DNA from: Candidatus Latescibacterota bacterium
Lineage (GTDB): Bacteria > Latescibacterota > UBA2968 > UBA8231
Reading direction: 5' to 3'
NCBI GenBank assembly: GCA_965206595.1
Contig: OZ242214.1
Location: 2,240,001 to 2,304,000 of the forward strand
DNA length: 64,000 nt
A program made the position numbers and the translations under genes. Numbering within the stretch: the stretch's first letter is position 1; each line of letters starts with the position of its first letter. This document shows positions 60,739-64,000 of this stretch, piece after piece. A model generated the notes under the pieces. The model was not told the DNA's origin, did no database searches, and saw only the letters and a program-made list of their open reading frames with translations.

Positions 60739-61212
60739 ATGGATATCGAGGACCTCTACCGCCAGTACGGGCCCATGGTGATGCGGCGATGCAGGCAGCT
60801 TCTCAGGGATGACGAGCAGGCCATGGATGCCACTCAGGACGTCTTTGTGCTGCTCTTGCAGCGCCGGTCGCGGCTGAAGGCGGACTATCCGTCGAGCCTG
60901 CTCTACCGCATGGCCACCAACCTGTGTCTGAACCGGATCAGGGACGGTAAGCGGCGGCGGGAAACCGCGGACGGCGGGCTCATCGACCGCATCGCGGACG
61001 CAGGGGAACTGGAACCGAGACTGACGGCCCGTTCGGTGCTGGAGCGGTTGTTCGGAGGCCATCAGGATTCCACCCGCGTCATCGCCGTGCTGCACTACGT
61101 CGACGGGATGACCCTGGAAGAGGTCGCAGGCGAGGTCGGCATGTCGGTCTCCGGAGTGCGCAAGCGGCTTCGCAACTTGCGCCGGAGCCTGGCAGAACTG
61201 GAGAAGAGATGA
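60739..61212 (+). CDS. ECF sigma-70 factor
   Basis: LYRQYGPMV, AMDATQDVF, LLYRMATNLCLN, MTLEEVAGEVGMSVSGVRKRL. Confidence 0.92.
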   Translation: MDIEDLYRQYGPMVMRRCRQLLRDDEQAMDATQDVFVLLLQRRSRLKADYPSSLLYRMATNLCLNRIRDGKRRRETADGGLIDRIADAGELEPRLTARSVLERLFGGHQDSTRVIAVLHYVDGMTLEEVAGEVGMSVSGVRKRLRNLRRSLAELEKR

Positions 61213-62075
61213 ATCGCAAAACCACCGGCGGACCGGTCCCGGACTGGAAGCTCGAGCGCTACCTGCTCGGAGAGCTGCCTCCCGGGGAGGTAGAGGCAAT
61301 CCGCGGCATGACGCTCGAGGACACGGAACTTCAGGGGCGCGTCGAGGCCCTCGGGCAATCCGGCGCCGAGATACTCGAACGCTATCCGCCGGCCTGGATG
61401 AGCCGCCGGATCGAGCAGCGGTCACGGAAGGAAGCGGTCAGCCGGACTCGTGGAGGGAGGTCGTTCGCACGCATTCCCGGCTGGATCTGGCCGCTGCCGG
61501 CCCTGGTCGCGGCTTTCCTGTTGATGGTTCTGCCGGCGCGCCAGGAGATCGACGATGCGGCAACCGGGCCTGCGGGTTCCGGTGCGCAGGTGCGGATCAA
61601 GGGCATGGAGCCGCAGCTGATGCTGTATCGCAAGACTTCGATGCAAAGTGAAGGGATTTTGGGAAGCGAAAGGTTGCAGGACCGCCAGGAAGTCCGGCCC
61701 GGCGACGTCGTTCAGGTCGTGTACTGGTCCGGCAAACATGGTTACGGTGCGATTCTTTCCATCGATGGGCGGGGCAGCCTCACCTGGCACTTGCCGCCGG
61801 ACGGCGGCGAGGCGGCGAGGCTGCAGGAGGGCAGAGTGCCGCTTGAGTTCGCCTACGAGCTCGATGACGCTCCCGAGTTCGAACGCTTCTACTTCATCAC
61901 CGCGGATTCGCCGTTTCAGCTGGGGAAGGTCGCGGCCTCGGCGGTCGAAGGCGCGTCTCAGGTCAGAGACCGGACCGGTACGGAATCGAAGCCGGCGGAC
62001 CTCGATTCCCTGAACCTCCCCCGGCGTTTCAGCCAGTTCACGATCACGCTCAGCAAAGGACCGGACATTGAATAA
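61209..62075 (+). CDS. Putative anti-sigma factor (ActD-like/DUF4384-like periplasmic domain)
   Basis: PDWKLERYLLGELP N-terminus, one TM segment, RIKG linker, PGDVVQ...SIDGRG...AYELDDAPEFERF. Confidence 0.72.
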   Translation: MNRKTTGGPVPDWKLERYLLGELPPGEVEAIRGMTLEDTELQGRVEALGQSGAEILERYPPAWMSRRIEQRSRKEAVSRTRGGRSFARIPGWIWPLPALVAAFLLMVLPARQEIDDAATGPAGSGAQVRIKGMEPQLMLYRKTSMQSEGILGSERLQDRQEVRPGDVVQVVYWSGKHGYGAILSIDGRGSLTWHLPPDGGEAARLQEGRVPLEFAYELDDAPEFERFYFITADSPFQLGKVAASAVEGASQVRDRTGTESKPADLDSLNLPRRFSQFTITLSKGPDIE

Positions 62076-63999
62076 GAGAGCTGCCGTTCTGTATCTGGCG
62101 GGGGCGCTGTGCGCCGCCGATGGAGCCCTGGCCGCGTCCGCGTCCGCGGGCACCTTGCGGCGGTTCGTCGTTATCGCCGGCGCCAACTACGGCGGCAGCG
62201 ATCGCGTGCCCCTGCGCTACGCGGTGACGGACGGGGAGAACTTCGCGAAGGTGCTGGAGGAGATGGGAGGAGTGGAAGCGGGAGACCGCACCCTGCTGCG
62301 GGAGCCCAGCCGCGACCAGTTGAACCGGGCGTTGAGGGAGGTGCGGGAAAGGGTGGACGGCGCCGCTCAACAGGGACGGACGGAGGTGGTGTTGTACTAC
62401 TCCGGCCACGCGGACGAGAAGGGGCTGCTGCTGGGAGACGAGCGCTTCGCCTACCAGCAGCTGCGCCGCGAAATGGAGTCGATCCCCGCCGACGTCCATA
62501 TCACGGTATTGGACGCCTGCGCATCGGGCGCCATCACCCGGCTCAAGGGAGGGCGGCGCTACGAGTCGTTCCTGATAGACGATTCCATGGACATGGAGGG
62601 GTACGCCTTCATCACCTCCAGCTCGGAGGACGAAGCGGCCCAGGAATCGGATCGCATCAACGGCTCCTTCTTCACCCACTACCTGGTGTCCGGACTGCGC
62701 GGCGCCGCCGACGTCAACGGCGACGGCCGGGTCACCCTCAGCGAGGCCTACCAGTTCGCTTTCAGCGAGACGTTGACACGGACCGCGGGAACGCAGGGCG
62801 GGGCGCAGCATCCGGCCTACGACATCAACCTGACCGGTACCGGGGACGTGGTCATGACCGACGTGCGCGAGACCTCGGCGGGTGTGGTGCTGGGGGAGGG
62901 ACTGCATGGCCGCTTCTTCATCCGCAACGCCAACGAGCAGCTGGTCGCCGAGTTGTTCAAGCCGGCGGGGCGCTTTGTGGAGCTCGGCCTGGAGCCGGGC
63001 AGGTACGTGGTGCACGTCGAGCGGCTCGAGAGTCTGCGCACATCCGAATTGAGCCTGGAGGAGGGCCAGCGGCTGACGATTGAGGAATCGGATTTCGTCG
63101 AGGCGGAGCGGGTGCGGACCGCCTTGCGGGGCGGTTCGGGGGGCATCCCGGTGGAACTGTCCGACCAGTACGACTTCTTCACCGGCGAAGAGGGCTATTC
63201 CCTTTCCCTGAGCGTGCTTCTCAACAAGAAACAGACCCCGTTCAACGGCCTGCAGGCGGCGCTGCTGGTCACCAGCTCCCGACACGGCACTGCCTCGCAG
63301 GTTGCCGGCATCGCCAACCTCGCCCAAGGAAGCGTATCCGACCTGCAGCTGTCGCCGTTTCTCAACCACGCCAGCGGCGGCGTCGGCAAGGCCCAGCTCG
63401 GATTTGCCAACTTCGCGGAGGAGTCGGTGGGTATGGGGCAGCTTGCCGGCGGCGTCAACTACGCCGGAGCGCGGACGGAAGCGCAGTTAGCCGGTTTCGC
63501 CAATTTTGCCAGAAAAGAGATCGGATTCGCGCAGGGCAGCGGTGGCGTCAACTACGCGGGCAGCGACGTAGAGAGAATACAGGGAGCCGGGTTGCTGAAC
63601 TTCGCCGTGGGATCGGTGGGATTCGGGCAGCTGACAGGAGGGGTCAATTACGCCGGCGGTGACGTGAAAATGTTACAGGGAGCGGGGGTGCTGAACTTCG
63701 CCAACCATTCCGTAGGATTCGGCCAATTCTCAGGAGGGGTCAACTACATCGGCGGCCGCCAGGAAACGCAACTGCAGGCGGGTGCCTTCGCGAACCTCAC
63801 TCGTGGGGATGTCGGCGCCGGCCAGGGCACGTTCGGCCTCAACTTCGCCGAAGGGGACGTCTCCTGGGCCCAGTTGGCCGGCGTCGCGAACGCGGCTCTC
63901 GGCGACCTGACCGGCGTGCAGCTGGCGTCCATTGCGAACTACGCGGGTGAACTGCGAGGTGCCCAGGGCGCCATCGGCCTCAACGTCGCCCAAGGAGTT
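62068..63999 (+). CDS. Secreted caspase-like (C14) protease with EF-hand-like motif and C-terminal 15-aa Gly-rich repeats; partial, absent from ORF track
   Basis: Manual translation from TTG 62068: signal peptide, RRFVVIAGANYGG..LRYAVTD, YYSGHAD, LDACASG, DVNGDGRVTLSEAY, then (G)QxAGxxNxA repeats to the edge. Confidence 0.85.
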   Translation, partial: MNKRAAVLYLAGALCAADGALAASASAGTLRRFVVIAGANYGGSDRVPLRYAVTDGENFAKVLEEMGGVEAGDRTLLREPSRDQLNRALREVRERVDGAAQQGRTEVVLYYSGHADEKGLLLGDERFAYQQLRREMESIPADVHITVLDACASGAITRLKGGRRYESFLIDDSMDMEGYAFITSSSEDEAAQESDRINGSFFTHYLVSGLRGAADVNGDGRVTLSEAYQFAFSETLTRTAGTQGGAQHPAYDINLTGTGDVVMTDVRETSAGVVLGEGLHGRFFIRNANEQLVAELFKPAGRFVELGLEPGRYVVHVERLESLRTSELSLEEGQRLTIEESDFVEAERVRTALRGGSGGIPVELSDQYDFFTGEEGYSLSLSVLLNKKQTPFNGLQAALLVTSSRHGTASQVAGIANLAQGSVSDLQLSPFLNHASGGVGKAQLGFANFAEESVGMGQLAGGVNYAGARTEAQLAGFANFARKEIGFAQGSGGVNYAGSDVERIQGAGLLNFAVGSVGFGQLTGGVNYAGGDVKMLQGAGVLNFANHSVGFGQFSGGVNYIGGRQETQLQAGAFANLTRGDVGAGQGTFGLNFAEGDVSWAQLAGVANAALGDLTGVQLASIANYAGELRGAQGAIGLNVAQGV

Positions 64000-64000
64000 A

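Noticed and set aside
63290-64000. 45-bp periodic DNA repeats
   Set aside because: Explained by the 15-aa protein repeat of the caspase-like gene

Overview
High-GC bacterial window. The gene content (secreted proteins with FlgD/CHU_C-like tails, a C-terminal 'TAVE..WGxIK' motif, DUF6785-like membrane protein, many NHL and FG-GAP lipoproteins) resembles Latescibacterota/Poribacteria-type MAGs; this taxonomy is inference only. Layout: (1) 1-6.6 kb, a lower-GC minus-strand nuclease island under a WYL regulator (RNase J-like MBL, PD-(D/E)XK, truncated Schlafen/AlbA_2, PDDEXK_4, RNase H-like exonuclease), with two near-identical palindromic boxes each followed 9 nt later by TAGGTT, i.e. PafBC/DriD-like promoter geometry; (2) 6.8-12 kb, small catabolic genes; (3) 12-32 kb, secreted FG-GAP/TPR proteins, a glycosylation cluster, a TolB-like + CBM9-like pair, an enolase-family gene and a transporter; (4) 32-44 kb, NHL lipoproteins, cytochrome P460, MbnP, an internally deleted MbnH-like gene and a haloperoxidase-like pseudo-enzyme; (5) 44.9-60.5 kb, a two-helicase + Fe-S nuclease + RecJ operon split by a 7.8-kb IS4-bounded element (9-bp TSD) that carries a truncated IS1380 and two secreted CS-alpha/beta defensin-like peptide genes; (6) ECF sigma, anti-sigma and a secreted caspase-like protein running off the end. 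No rRNA, tRNA or CRISPR array was recognised. All family calls come from motif recognition by eye, not database searches.
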